64,000 nucleotides of DNA from NCBI GenBank assembly GCA_013265495.1, contig MU057651.1, positions 2,458,948-2,522,947 of the forward strand, in the 5' to 3' direction. Numbering within the stretch: the first letter of the stretch is position 1; every line of letters starts with the position of its first letter. The notes under the pieces are model-generated. The model had not been told where the DNA came from and did not search any database. It saw only the letters and a list, made by a program, of their open reading frames with translations. Positions 13,278 to 26,457 of this stretch are shown one piece after another. The translations under genes were made by a program, and so were the position numbers. This DNA is from Vicugna vicugna. Its lineage: Eukaryota.

Positions 13278-13407
13278 CTTTTTTTTAATTCGGTGGGGAG
13301 CTAATTCGGCTTTTATTTTATTTAGTTTATTGTATTTTCTGGTGCTGGAACCCAGGACCTCGTGCATGCCAAGCACACGCTCCACCACTGAGCTAAGCTC
13401 ACCCCCC
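13278..13407 (-). mobile_element. tRNA-derived SINE
   Basis: Reverse complement of the same family (gaacccaggacctcgtgcatgc...accactgagcta) with a T-rich tail. Confidence 0.85.
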
Positions 13408-13799
13408 ATGTGACGTCTTATCTTACTCAAGATGATGACCTGGACCCCCCACCCCCAGCCCGTGACTCTTCTTTCTGAAGCCCCCTCCCATCTTTCCAGT
13501 TGCTTTAGCATCAGGCTCAGTCTCCCCAGAGAAGGGCAGGAGGCAGGGGGGCGGGGGCCCCAGGCCCCTCTCCTTCTCTGGCGTGTCCTGGCGTTCAGGC
13601 CCCGGCAGGGGGCTCTGGCCCAGGGCACGGGCTGAGCAGTCCGGCGGGATGGAGGGGCTGCAAGAAGGGCGGGGAGGCAGGGGAGGCAGGTCAACCGGTC
13701 TCCTCCAGACCCAGCACGTCTCAGCTGCATCGTGAGGGACAGAGACAGAAAGAGAGGAAGCAGAAACACCATCATACGAAACACTGTTATAACCAGGGA

Positions 13800-14470
13800 A
13801 GGCAGAGGGAGTGGGAGACAGTTAAAGACAGAAGGAAAAAGGCAAAAGACAGAACACAGTGACGAACGAGGTCCCGACAAACCCGACTGTGCCAACGCTC
13901 ATTCTCAACGCCATTGGTCTAAACGCAGACAACTGAAACACAGACATCGTCAGAGCGGATCCGCAAACATTAAACACGTCGTCCACGAGAAACTCCCCTT
14001 AACTATGAAGACACATGGACTGGGTGGGAGGTGGGTGTAGCTCGATGGTGGAGCCCATGCTTAGCGCGCATGAGGTCCTGGGTTCAATCCCCAGGGCCTC
14101 CGTTAGACATAAAAATAAATTAAAAAATCAAGGACGCCCTCAAACAAAAGAATAAAATAAATTAAATTAACTTCAAAAAAAAAAAAAGACACATGGAGAA
14201 GGGAAAGTAGGAACAGCTACATTTCAGACACAGCAGACTTCAGGGCAAGGGAGGCCGTTGGGGATAAAGAGGGTTCTCCATCACGATAAATGGGGAGAAT
14301 CAACATAGCAGCTCTTAACATGCATGCAGCTAACAACACAGCACCAAAAAATGTGAAACCTGCAAGGAAAAAAAATGCATAAATCCGCTACTCTAGCTGG
14401 AGACTTCAACACCCATCTCTTGGGGACGGGCAGACCCAGCGGACAGAAAACCAGGAAGGACGCGGTTGGT
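13800..14470 (+). mobile_element. Old L1 ORF2 endonuclease-region relic, split by the SINE
   Basis: Decayed GDFNT(H)L motif at about 14399-14419 and surrounding L1 EN-like sequence. Confidence 0.65.
14020..14185 (+). mobile_element. tRNA-derived SINE with a 12-bp target-site duplication
   Basis: AAGACACATGGA at 14008-14019 and 14186-14197 flanks the SINE body and A-tail. Confidence 0.92.
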
Positions 14471-15319
14471 CGGTACGACAGAAGGAGGCATTTGGGTGAA
14501 GGAAGGTGGCAAGGAAAATTGCAGCAGAGGACAGGTGAGTGCAGGTCCAGAGGCTGGAATGTGGGCTGTGTTTGAGGATGGCCGTGCCACTGAGTTCAAC
14601 CAGCGTGTCCCGGGAGGGCTTCTGGGGTCCACAGCCTCCGTGGTGCTGAGGGGCCGGCCCACTGGGGGTCGAGCAGGAAGACAGGCATCCACACGAGCAG
14701 GGACTTGGGGGGAGAGGCAGACAGTGAGCCCCGTCCTGGTTCCGGAGCAGCCAGGCTGTCAGGGAGGAAGGGCAGGGATGAGAGTTTCAGGTAGTGAAAC
14801 CAAGGCCAGGGAAGCTGGGTGACTTTGTCAAGGTCACAGAGAGTCACCCTTGAGCCACATTTCCTGAATCCCATTACGCACCGGACACACAGTCCCCGAT
14901 CAGATGCTTCCCTGGGTCAGATACCTAGGAAACACAACCATTCTGTGGGGACATTCGGTCTCGCCACAAAGGTCATTATCCCCATGTCCTGGGGGCCCCT
15001 CCCGCTGCGGGGAGCCGCACCTGCCACCACCCTCCGGGGCCAGCGGGGCAGCTCAGAGCCCTGGCGACCTGGGCTGAGCGCCCATGCAGCAGAATCGTGT
15101 TGAGCCACCAAAACAGGACAACAGTGAACAGTATCTTGCCCTCAGGATAACCTGGTCAGTCCTCACACTCTGTACTGAGAGACTGAAACCAGAGCCGCCG
15201 AAAAGGCGCTTCGCAGAAGCAGAGAGCAATCTTCCTGCCTGCCTGCTGGCTTCGGGGAGCAGGGCATCCTTTTCTGCACCCGTGGCATGGAGAGTCATTT
15301 TCCAAACAGAGGTCCTCTG

Positions 15320-15520
15320 CAGAGCGTTGCTGTTCCCGCCACAGCCACTCGCCACCTCTGGCTGTTTAAATGCAAATTCACTAAAATTAAACAGCTTAGA
15401 AAATGCGGTCCCTCCATTGCAATAGCCACTCGCTAAGTGTTCCATTGGCCACATGTGGCTGTGGCTGCCGTGGGGGGGCAGAAATGCCCCTTTCCATCCA
15501 CAGGGACGGCTCTATGCGGA
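15320..15520. mobile_element. hAT-Charlie non-autonomous DNA transposon relic (MER3/MER33-like)
   Basis: agccactcgccac...ggctgtttaaat...aaaattaaa...ggccacatgtggct motifs. Confidence 0.6.
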
Positions 15521-16804
15521 CCAGGCCCAGCGCTGGGGACAGGGCGGTGCCCGGCAGCGGCGGAGATGGACTGTCTCCCCAGTTAAACCGTGAGCTCCCA
15601 GCTGGTCCTCAGGAAGCCAGCCCTGGGGAACTGGATCCTGGAGGCGGCCTTCGATATTCAAATTGTGCGTGAAACGCTTTCACTTCCCCTGGGGGACCAG
15701 GTCCCTCACTCCGCCAGCAGGGGAGGCACACTTGCCAGAGCACATGTGCTTTTCTGTACAGAGGTTCCCAGGTCCCTCCAAGGTGCCAGCTGAGGGCCCC
15801 CCGCCCCCCACTTCCCTGCGCCGGCACCCCGGCCCACACATCCCATGACCTCGAGTCCCCTCCTGGCAGCAGAGACCTGCAAAACAGAAACTGGGCCCCC
15901 GAGGGTGGGATTTCCAGCAAATAGGGAAGGAGTCGTTAGGCCCTGCTGGTAGATTCTTGCAGGATCATCCGCCTCTCAGGAGAAAAAGAGGAAAAAAAGG
16001 CAAATCTCTTTCCTCTTGTTTCTGCTTCTCCTAAATAAACTGCTTGCCTAATTTCCTTTGCAGTTAGAGAAATGCTCCTTGTGAAACCGATTTCCCCACA
16101 TCCACATGCCAAGCCATCCCGGCCTCCCGGCGGGATTTGCATCGCACGCTCCTCCTCCCCGGCCCTGGCTGGGCGCCCCGGGGCCCTGGAGTTTGACCTG
16201 TCAGTTGCGTCTCTGCTTGAAGACAAGCGCCCCCTCGGATTCCCTGGTTCTCCCTTCAGCGGAGTGTGCTGGCCTCCGCTGGACCCCAGGGCTGGGCGGG
16301 ATGTGGCTCTGGAAGGTGGCACCCAAAATCCAGGGACCGCTTGGCATGGCCTGTGACCACGTCAGCCAGCAGCAGCCCCCGAATGTCCAGGACTCTCTGT
16401 GCCCCAGCACTGAAGGCAGTCACCATCTGGGGACACAGGAGGAAAGTGAAGGCAGTCCGCTAACCCCAGCCTCCGTGCCCGAGTGCTGGCGGGACCCACG
16501 TGGGCAGCGTCTCAGTCTGACCTGCCTCCTCCTAACATCAGAGATGGGAAATGCTCGCTCTGGGAGGAGACGGAAGGATTCGGGAAGATAACGGACGTGA
16601 AGAGAGTGGTGCTCAGCTCACGACGGAGTGTCACTGTGTGTGGGACTTGGGAGAGGCGGCAGGTGACCGAAATCGGAGGCTGGAGGGGAGCTGGCCACCT
16701 GCCTCCCTGCGTCTCCACTGTTTCACGCGTCCGGTTGGCCCAGGAAAGACCGGTTCCCTCGGAAGGGATCCGAGGCACGTTCCGTGTACGCAGAAGCAAG
16801 CGTT

Positions 16805-17250
16805 AACAGGGATGAAATCATGCCACCTGCAGCAACACGGATGTCCCCGGAGAATGTCATTCTGAGTGAAGAAAGCCAGAAAGAGAAATACAAATACCAC
16901 ATGAGATCGCTCATATGTGGAATCTTAAAAAAAAAATTACGCAAATGAACTTATCTACAAAACAGAAACAGACTCCCAGACGTAGAGAACAAACTTGTGG
17001 TTACCGGGGGGGAAGGGATAAACTGGGAGTTCGAGCTTTGCAGATAACTCACTATTGCATATAAAACAGATAAACAACGAGGTCCTGCTGTGCAGCACAG
17101 GGAAGTACACTCAGCGTCTCGCAGTCACCTATAATGAGAAAGAACATGAAAATGAACCTACGTATGGACATGCATGGCTGGGACCTGGTGCTGCGCACCA
17201 GAGATTGCCACGACATCGCAACCCACACTTCAGCAAATAAATAAACCAAA
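16805..17250 (+). mobile_element. L1 3' end (ORF2 tail plus 3' UTR), 5'-truncated
   Basis: gcagcaacacggatg...ctgagtgaa...atatgtggaatct...aaaacagaaacagactc...agcacaggga, with an A-rich tail. Confidence 0.9.
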
Positions 17251-17445
17251 AGGAATTTTTTTAAATAAAATTTTTAAAAATTGAAATATCAAAGTGAGGG
17301 AACTCACAATGTGAGCTTCGGAGCAGAATTAACAGGACGTTCTCTAACGTTGGAGCTGGAATTCCTTTAGAGGGTCCAAACTCTTAGGGACCTGGGCAGC
17401 CCCTGGCTGCGGGGAGGGGGAGCCCGGGGGAAAGCTGGGGGACGC

Positions 17446-17459
17446 GCGCCCCCTAGTGG
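17446..17459 (-). promoter_or_regulatory. CTCF motif
   Basis: Minus strand reads CCACTAGGGGGCGC, matching the core consensus CCACYAGRKGGCRC. Confidence 0.7.
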
Positions 17460-18389
17460 GGAAGGGCCGCAGGCAGGGGAGGTGCCGCGCAGCCGCCGGG
17501 GGGGAGGGGGAGGGGAGGGGAGGGGAGCGCCGGTTGTGCACGCCCAGCCCCACGCCCCCACTGAGACAGGGACAAACCGAGCCCCGGGGCAGTTTTCACT
17601 TAGCAAGTTAAGGGTGGACACAGGGCGAACGTGCTCTGTCAGCGTCATTAGCCTATGGCTTGACTTTTCAACACCCTTAAAATCTGCCTTTGGGCTGTGA
17701 TGCCTCCTGAAAGCGATTCAAACTCTGTTAGCCCCGAGCAGGGACCTCCCCCACCCAGAGAGGGGGTCCTCACTCCGGCCCAGAGCTCTTCGAATGCTCA
17801 CAGGATGGACACACCTGTTCCACCCCGACCTGGGGTCCCCCCTTGACCTCTGCGGAGCTTCGCCCTGGCCTGAGCAAGGGTCTCGGGGCTCAGAGCGTGA
17901 TCCTTCTTACACCACGTGGGCCCTTCACCCCCGGTCCCCGGGGCCCTGGAGCTGAGATCGCTGACGTCCACAGGGGAGGAAAAATGTTCTCTGCTGCCTT
18001 AGGTTTAGCGGCCGGGTCTGCGAAATAAACTGGCCACAGGACCAGAGGCAGAAAGGCAGATGGGTTCATGCAATGCTAAAAGTTTGACATGGCTTGGGGG
18101 TGTTCACAGAAAGAAGAGAAATCACCCGCCCCCCAACCTTGCTCCTGCAGGAAACAGCTCTGCTTGGAAGCTGTTGAACCGTCTGGACAAAGGAAGATAA
18201 ATTTAAAGACAGCGGACAAGACCAAAGAAAGGGACTCGGCCTCGCCAGGGGGTCGGCAGTGTGTGGGAAGGCAGCTCTGCGGGGAGAGTAAGGGTAGGTG
18301 GGGGCTAGCGAGCCAGGTTGGTTGGTGTGGGTGGTGCCATACTGTGATGTGTCAGAAGTGGGCACACCTGGTCATTCAGATGAACAACC

Positions 18390-18610
18390 GTGTGGATTTC
18401 TGCTGTGTTTAGCCTTCATCCAGTTTCTGGCTCACAGCTCCCCAAATCCTTGACATTTCCTGGGCAGAGAGCGCCCTGGGATCAGTTCCTGAAAACACTG
18501 CAGGGAAGTTGACTTTCAGATCCCAGCCCAGGAGGACCAACCACACGACTAGAGGATTGGAACTTTCAGCCCCACCTGCTGATTCCCGGGGAGGGGACAG
18601 GGGGCTGAGC
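18390..18610 (+). mobile_element. LTR fragment (MER21-like)
   Basis: Shares motifs (ggctcacagctcc..aaatcc, gaactttcagcccc) with the elements at 36340 and 47450. Confidence 0.45.
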
Positions 18611-21600
18611 TGGGCAGGTTTCCATCACAGGGCTTCGTAACATGGCCATTTATGGTAAAGTGTGGTAAAGGGGCTTCAGCACTGGGTCTCCCAGACAGCG
18701 GACCCTTTGCTTCTGAAAGGTCATGTCCCGTGGTGGGGGAGAAACTGGTTTTAGATATTATTTGAGGTCAGAATTCTCTCTCTGTGCGTGCTTTGGCTGC
18801 ATGACTTGTGGTTTTGTTCTGCTGGCTCTGGAAAACAACTCAATATCTCATTAGAAACATTACAGGGCCAGTTTCGGGCTGTTTGCAGTTACATTGTCAG
18901 GGTTGTCAGCCTCTTATTTCTCTTAAGCCCATATATTCTCTGCTGTACTGGTAAGAATTTTCCCAATTTTCTTGTCCTCTAGAATAGGCCAGCATCAGGG
19001 GCTTGGTTGAGTAAAGCTTGGCACATCCATTCAGTGGAATACTACACAACCCTGAAGAGGTTGTAGGAATGCTGAATTCCAATTATAGTATACTGTTAGG
19101 TTAAATGATAATTGTGTCTGCACTATAATTCTGAATATATAAAAATTCATTATACTGTGTGTGTTATGGAGAGACCAAAACATTCTGGGTTGTGGAACTG
19201 TGTGCATTTTGTTTTTCCCCCTTACACTCCGTACTTTAAAAATTTTTTTCAATAAGCATACTCTCTAACTATTCAATTTTTATATGCATTAAAATGTTCC
19301 TAAAAATTAAGATTGCTCTAATGGTCAGAGGTGGGAGAATCTGGGATAGGAATTCCAGGTGGGGAACTTGTTACAATGACCCAGAAGGAAAACTTTAACT
19401 CTATAGTCTCAAGATGAAGTATTTGCCACGGTAAAATTTCTCAATTGGAGTTCTTTCTTTTAAAAAAGTCATTAAAACTCCTTCTTATGTCTCCAAATAC
19501 CAATCAGAAAACCTCAGCTGATACTTGGAAGAAATACAAAGAGCAGGGAAAAAAATAAGGGAAAGTGGAAGGAGGAAAAGAAAAAAGGTTTTAATATATA
19601 CTGAGCACGGCTCTGGTATTTCCAAACGTAATTTCCCCTTCACTCCCACCGTGAGCTTTAAAGGAGGAAACATTATTCTTAAGAAAAACCGAACAGAACA
19701 TTAAGAAGAGACACGGAAAGCAAAGATGCTTAAATTTGTTTCTCAAGTTTTATGCTTGAAAGACCCAGTTTCTGTTTTGTTTGACTGACTGACCCTGGAC
19801 CAGTACATAATTTTATCGCTTCCTCAGAAAACGTATTGGCTTTTTTTTTTCCCCTCATGCAAAATTCAGCTTTGCCTGCTTCACCTTTTTTCTCCTGTTT
19901 CAAGCTGATGGCTAAACAGAGGGGCTCGTTTATCTTAAGCGGGTAACATCGTGTATCCAGGCTTCATCGGGGAACTTGCTTCCTTGCTTTTTACAAAGGT
20001 CGTGTTTCCTCGGGGACATCAGAAAGTGTGTGCTGTGTTTGTGTAAATCGCACGATGTAATACAGTACAGAACGTACTGTGTGCGTTTCCCGTTTCTTAG
20101 GACAGACATCTGTGAATTGATCGCTCCCCTTGGGTACAACCTCAGGAGACTTCCTGAGTCCTAGAAGGTTAATTTCGTCATCTATCTGTCGTGCGGCCTC
20201 AAGAAAGACAAGCTTTGCTCGTTACTTACTGACACTGCTCAGTATACCAAGACTTCCCAACCTGGAAGCTGTCACAGCCTTTGGAGGACAGTTGGGCTCG
20301 CTGAAACCGCCCTCTGGTCTGGCGAAGGTGACAGGCACGCCCCTCTGTCCCATCTCGCTGACCTTGTTTTTGCTGAATGAAAACACTGACCACTTGATGA
20401 AAGGAGATTTACCCGTGAACTCCATTCAGAGCTGAGCCTGGGGAGTGTCTGGCACACAGAAGGGGCACAAAGGAGGGTGCAGTGGAAGTGAGTCAGCAGG
20501 AGCCCCTGAAATTAATGACACAGTAGGGCCAAGGTTTCCCCAGGCACTAAAGTGGCTCAGGAAAACCACGTTCCTTTCCATTTCTACGTGAACAATTGTA
20601 GGCCGGCTGCGATGTGCATTTTCCGCTCTCATTTAGACCGGCTGCAACGAGCAAATAACGAAGGATGGACGTATTTATTTTGAATCTACTAAGCTTACCC
20701 ATTAAAGTAGATTTATCTGCACCATTTCCCTTAAATTGCAATCAGGCCCTGGTTTCGCAGCAATTTTCTCTGTTCTGTGAAATTACGTCCCCAGGATCTC
20801 ATTGCACATTCGGGTGACAGTGTTCCACGGGTCAGAGGCACGCGAGGGCCTTCATTATCCGTCCCCCAAACTCTGGCAAAATGGGACGCACCCACTTCCG
20901 TGGCCGCAGCGATAATGCTCTGCATTGCATGCACGTTGTCTGAGCCAACGTTCTTTTTTATACAGTGGGTTTCTGAACAGTTTCTTAAAATGCAGGTGAA
21001 ATCTGCATTTGTGTCACAGCGACTTCTGAAGGCGATTTTGATAGACTTTGCCCGTTTGGAGTCGGACGAATGACTGTCCGCTACGGATTCTGACTCTGAG
21101 AGGTTTACTTGTAAATACGGTCTTAAATGTGGGCGAAATGTGGGGACTTTCAACCCGTGTCTGGGTCATCATGTTCTCATCCCCGTTGCCGTACGCAACG
21201 CACAATGTTTTCTCAAGGGATTTGAACAGGGTTTTTCGGTTCTCACCGCTTGCCTCTTTTTTCACTTGCTGATAAACTTAACGGTTCTTTTAATTTAAAA
21301 AAAAAACGTTATTGAACAACGCTACGTTCAATACCTTGAAAATACTACATCGTTTGCGTATTGTTTTTTTTTTAATTTCAAAAAGAGCACATTGTTGTCG
21401 ACAGATGGGGAAGTTCCCCGCCGATCCCCGACTCTACCCCAGAGAGGTGAGTGCTCTTCGCTGGTTCTGTCTGTCCTTCTGGAGCCACTCTGCCCCCTTT
21501 CCTGACACCTGGACACACGGACCCCTGTGCGACAGAGCCCGGCACCCTGTCCCCATCATGTAAGTCCCGCTGCCTCCTGGCTCTGAGGACCCGCCGGGAG

Positions 21601-22231
21601 GAACCCACGGAGGAGAATCCGTGATGCCCCCCGGCTGGACGTCTGGGCTGTGTGTCCACCTGCCAAAACATTGCAGCGAACTTACGGACGCCGCACGGAA
21701 GCCTAGAAGGGGAGTCATTGTTTGGCAGACGTGACCGAGCTGCCGTCGGATAGGCTGGACTTCCCTGTGTCCCCCGCCACCGTCCCCGGGGTGCGCGGCG
21801 CCCTGCCCGCCCACCCTTGCCCAGCACTGGGCCCTGCGGACATTTTCACACTTCTGCTGGTGTTTTAAGAATTCTTAGCTGTTAGTTTTTTACTTTGAGG
21901 CTGTCGGCTCCGTGTGTGAAGGTGCATGAATGGCCTAAGAGGCAGTCGGCTCTTATTACGTCAAATACTTCTCCTTGCCAAGCTAATCGCTCTGCGCACT
22001 GACTCCTCTGTCGCTGGGATGACGGTGTTGGTCCTGCTGGAAGGTGCGCTCCCCTGCCTGTGTCTCTCTCCATCCCTTTATTGTCACTGTTCCTGTTTCA
22101 TTTTATAAAAGTCGGTGTCATGGACCTCGCCTTGCTATGTAATGAATGAGGATTTGTTTATTGGTCATGGAGTTCCTCGCATCTGTTGTGAGCCTGCGAT
22201 GTGTGACCTTTTTTTCTGACATCTTATTGAA

Positions 22232-22310
22232 AATGTTCTCCAAAGAAACACATCCAGATGGCCAACAGGCTCATAAAAAGATGCTCAGTATCACTAATTA
22301 TCAGAAAAAC
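22232..22310 (+). mobile_element. Short L1 ORF2 fragment
   Basis: ttctccaaagaa...atccagatggccaacaggc...aaaagatgctca..atcactaatt corresponds to the IQMANRHMKRCSTSLII region. Confidence 0.75.
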
Positions 22311-25300
22311 GTAACTGGGAGCCACGGTGAGGGATCCCATGTTGGAAAATGCCCTTGTCCCTAGTTTCAACATGGGGTGGGTCAGGCCTCACTGGATTTT
22401 ACCCCTTCACTTCAGCGAGGGCTTTGCACGTGTGGGTGGGAGATGTAACATGTGGCTGGGGGCCTCCATCCTGTGCCTTTTCTCATTGAACTGGTATCTT
22501 GCTCTGGGAAGGGAGGGAGGTGGTGTCACGTGTCCCAGAGGCATCTCAGGAGCAACTCTGACGCCAAACAGTGGACCAGTGGCGGATGTGGCCTCTCTGG
22601 GACGGCGTGCCTGCCACACAGGCCATGAGAGCCACCGCCTGGACGTCCAGGGCCCCAGCGGGGAGAGGGGGAGGGAGGAAGGGGGCAGGGTTCTGCTCTG
22701 AGCTCCGCCGACAACACTCCTGGCTGCACGGGTCCCTCTGCTATGGGAGAGCCTGCCCTGCTGGTGTCTCAGGGACCAAAGCCACCTTGACGCTTCTGGG
22801 CAGAAATGGACTTGGGCTTCCCCAGCTGGAAGGCCCTGCCGGCGGCCGAGACCCCGAGGCAAAGCACCGAGGGCCCAGCGTGTCCTCAGCCACGTGTGCC
22901 ACCAAAAATGCCACCTTACATGGACTTAATTTCCCTCCCTTTTTTAAGATTTGTATATTCAGCAGCACACTGTACTGACTTAACTCCCTGAGCAATCTGT
23001 TCATGTTGTCCCAGTTCCTACGATGAAGAAATTAGTAATTCTTAAACACAGAACACTTAAATGTTTTTTTTTTGTACCTAGAATAGCGCCCAGCACCTGG
23101 TCCTCTGTAAGCGTCTGTCAAGTTGATAGATGCATATTGGGTAACTGATAAAGGAACTGCAGGTCTGGGTGTGCCATTACGTTCATGCAGCACACTTACT
23201 TTCATGGCTAAGAAAACAGACCTCAGGCCGTGTGAACAAGCTGTTCAGGACCAAGGTCACTGACGGCTCTCTAAGGCCCCTTCAGCGCTCTCTCTGCTGG
23301 GACCTGTGTGTTGGAAAAAGTCAAAGTCTTACTTAAGGACAAGCGTTAAACATAACGACCTACAGAATCTGTTCCCCCAAGACCCCGTCCGTTCACCTGA
23401 GTCACACAGCTGCCCCACCTGGCTCCCTCGCCAACGCCAGATTCGAGGTCAGAACGCAGAGACCTGGGAAGAAAGCTAAGCGGTCTCCTCTTGTGACCTG
23501 CCCTTCAGCTGCAGAACCGGGCAGAATCTTCTCTTGCAGTCGGGTCTCTGGAGGTGGGTTTAAAATGTCCCCTTCCTCTGGGACTGGATTCTCCCCATGA
23601 AACTAAGGATCAACATAGGCGGCATATAATCGACAAGATACAAATGTCACAAGCGTTAAGCAGAACCAGACGAGACGCCACACGAGACAGCTGAAAGACG
23701 GCGATCCTCCGAAGCAGGGAAGGCGGGACCCAGATGCTCGGCGGAGGGCCCCCGGGGGCAAGGCTTCCGACACCTGCATCTCACTGTGCAACCCCCGGCC
23801 TCCGACAAGACAGGTGCAGACCGTTCGCACTCTGTTAACGGAGCCTGGACAGGTAAGCAGCCCACAGTCACAGCTGGTACATGACAGACTTTGGTCCCAA
23901 AGTCCATGCCCTCTGACTGATTCCACCGTATCAACCTGCCAGTGCAGAGGCAGACCTAATAAATAGTTTGGAATTGAGACAAGGAAGTAGAATTTCAAAA
24001 GAATGGCAGAGAAGTCCACAAATTGGAACAGAATTTCCCAAAGAATATACTTCAAAAGAATCACAGTCGGACCTATAACAGAAACATTTAAAAAGCCCTG
24101 ATACTAAAAAAAATTTTTTAAAAATCACTGTATTCCTACCAACATTTTTAAGCACATGGTGGGAAAATGTGCATGCGTATTTCCATAAAGGAAATGTATC
24201 TTTGAATGATATTATAAATGGGCGATGTTCCCATCTCTAATAAAACAGTGGCTTCTCTGAAACAGCACAGCACAAACACAGCAACCAGGAGGAAAGAATT
24301 TCGACCAGGGTTGCCACATTCCATCAAGAGAATATATTCATGATGTGGAGATGGGGAGAAAGTCGAGGCTTCAGGGAACTTTCTACCCAAATGCCTCAAA
24401 AACACACTGCACATCACAAAAGCCTGAAAAACAGGATGCCTCTGTGCGGGAGAACGTGCAAACACGCAGCAAGTGACTCCCCGGTGCTTCGCAAGACCTG
24501 ATTTGAGCGTCCCTTTCCAGCCTGGTGTCCCCTGCGGGGAGCAGACCTCGGCGCAGGAGGGGCCACTGCCCATTTGCACGACCTAATCCACGGTGAGCAG
24601 AGCCACCCAGGTTCTTCCTCGTGGACAAAACCTGACAGAAAGGAGTTCTGCAGAGGGAAGGGGCCCCGGAGAACTCGCTGTTGAGAAAAAAAATAGAGAG
24701 GAAATAATAAACCAAGCTGCACAAGTAAACCAATACCTCGCAGCGACCAGGTAACCGCAGATAAATCCAAACAGCTACGTTCACTGTGAGGTCCAAGGGG
24801 GCGGGAGTGACCTGTAAGAATTAATAATTAACACCAGGGAAGAGGTTGCAGAGAACTCCTTGACATCGACACCTGGAAACCCCAGGGCGCTCACACCGAC
24901 GGGGACAAGGACCGAGCTGGTCCTGAAAACGGCGAGATGCTTTCAGATTTTAAAAGGTGCCACAAAACACTAAGACAAGAAGTTTAACACTCAAATTCTA
25001 GTCAAAGACCGCTCCACAGTTCAAACGGAGAAACTGAAAGCTAGAAAAACAAAGCTTTTACAAGAGCCTAAAGATAGAAGGCAGACCAAGAATAAAGATG
25101 AGAATTGTCTCAATTCACCGACTCTAAGTTTTCGATTCCGTGTCTTAATAAGTTGCATTTGTTAACACATCAGAACTTGAACGCCACCTCTGCGAGACCA
25201 AGGATTTTTGTCCCGTGTTGTCCGCTGCACCTGGAACGCCGTCGGGCACCTGACATGTTTTTTGAATGAGTACAGGAAACCGCCTGATGTCCGACTGGCA

Positions 25301-25849
25301 GGCAGACGGCGTCCAGGAGCAGCTGACAGGGGGCAGGCCACACAGTCTGTGTGGACGGGAATTCCGCACAGGCAGCATGGCCCCAGGGGACGACTCAGAA
25401 CACGCGCCGAAAGCTTTACAAGTCCTTAAGCCAAGAATTTTACTCAAGAAATGAATATATATATATATATATTTTTAAATCACTAAGGCATTCAACATTC
25501 TTTATAATAAACTGAACGATGACCTGGCCCGAATGCCCTGTAACAGAGGGCTGAGCAGGTTACAGGCCATCCACATGCTGGAAGCCGAGGCCGTCCTGCA
25601 AGGGAGGACGTGGCAGGATTGTGTAAACACGAGGAACGATGCTCGCGTAAGTCTAAAGGGAAAGACTGACAAGAGAACGCACACTACGCTCCCACTGCCA
25701 TGCGGGGCACGTGGTGGCAGACGGCACTGAGAGGTGAACAGCGTGGTCCTCAGAGCGCTGGGTTCCCGTGGTTTTCCTTTTCTTTACGTTCGTCTCCATT
25801 TTCTAACGTTTCTACACAGAACATCTATTGTTTAGAAAACAAAGCAGTC

Positions 25850-26457
25850 CACTATACAAATCTGAGAACTTTTATTTTTGAAAAGACACCAACACGACAG
25901 GCCGTGAGGTAGTGTTGAGTGAAATTTTCATTTTAAACATCACCGATGTGCCGGAAAAACGCAGCGTTTCTCCACCTTGCAGCTTCAGCTCTGGCTGGGG
26001 CTGCGAGATGTACTGAACAACATTAACAGTGCTCTGTCTCGGATGTAAACACACGGAGTGACCTGGTCCTCAGGAGAAACTCTTTCCTCAGCAGGACAAA
26101 GACACAGATCAGGTACAACCTCGCACACAGGTCAAAGCATTTTTTAAGTTTCTCTCCGAGCACACTGTGCACCACGGCACACGTCTCAAAAAGTCCTCTG
26201 GGCAGCTCGACCGAGCAGGTCGGCTCCCAGCACGTGTGACTCACACATCAGGTCGCACCTTACACACCGGGAAGAAAGACCGCGCTTCCGTTAACACGGG
26301 CCAGGTCCCTGAGCTATGACACCTGGCCCACAGTCACTCAGTTAGGTCTGAGGCCCAGAGCTCACAGCACACATGTAAAGGCCGCTGAATAAACGCCCAG
26401 TTTCCTACTGACACCTGGGAAGGCCTGGCTGCAAGCTTCCCGTTCCCAGGGCTCCAT
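25850..26457 (-). other. FIGNL1: FIGNL1 3' UTR with candidate poly(A) signal
   Basis: TTTATT at 25871-25876 reads AATAAA on the minus strand. The UTR may extend further. Confidence 0.45.

Noticed and set aside
21170..21250. LIP...FEQGFSVLT as a hAT transposase dimerisation-domain relic
   Set aside because: The motif is short, its spacing differs from the usual LPFxTTYLCExGFS, and no terminal repeats were seen; it needs a Dfam or tBLASTn search.
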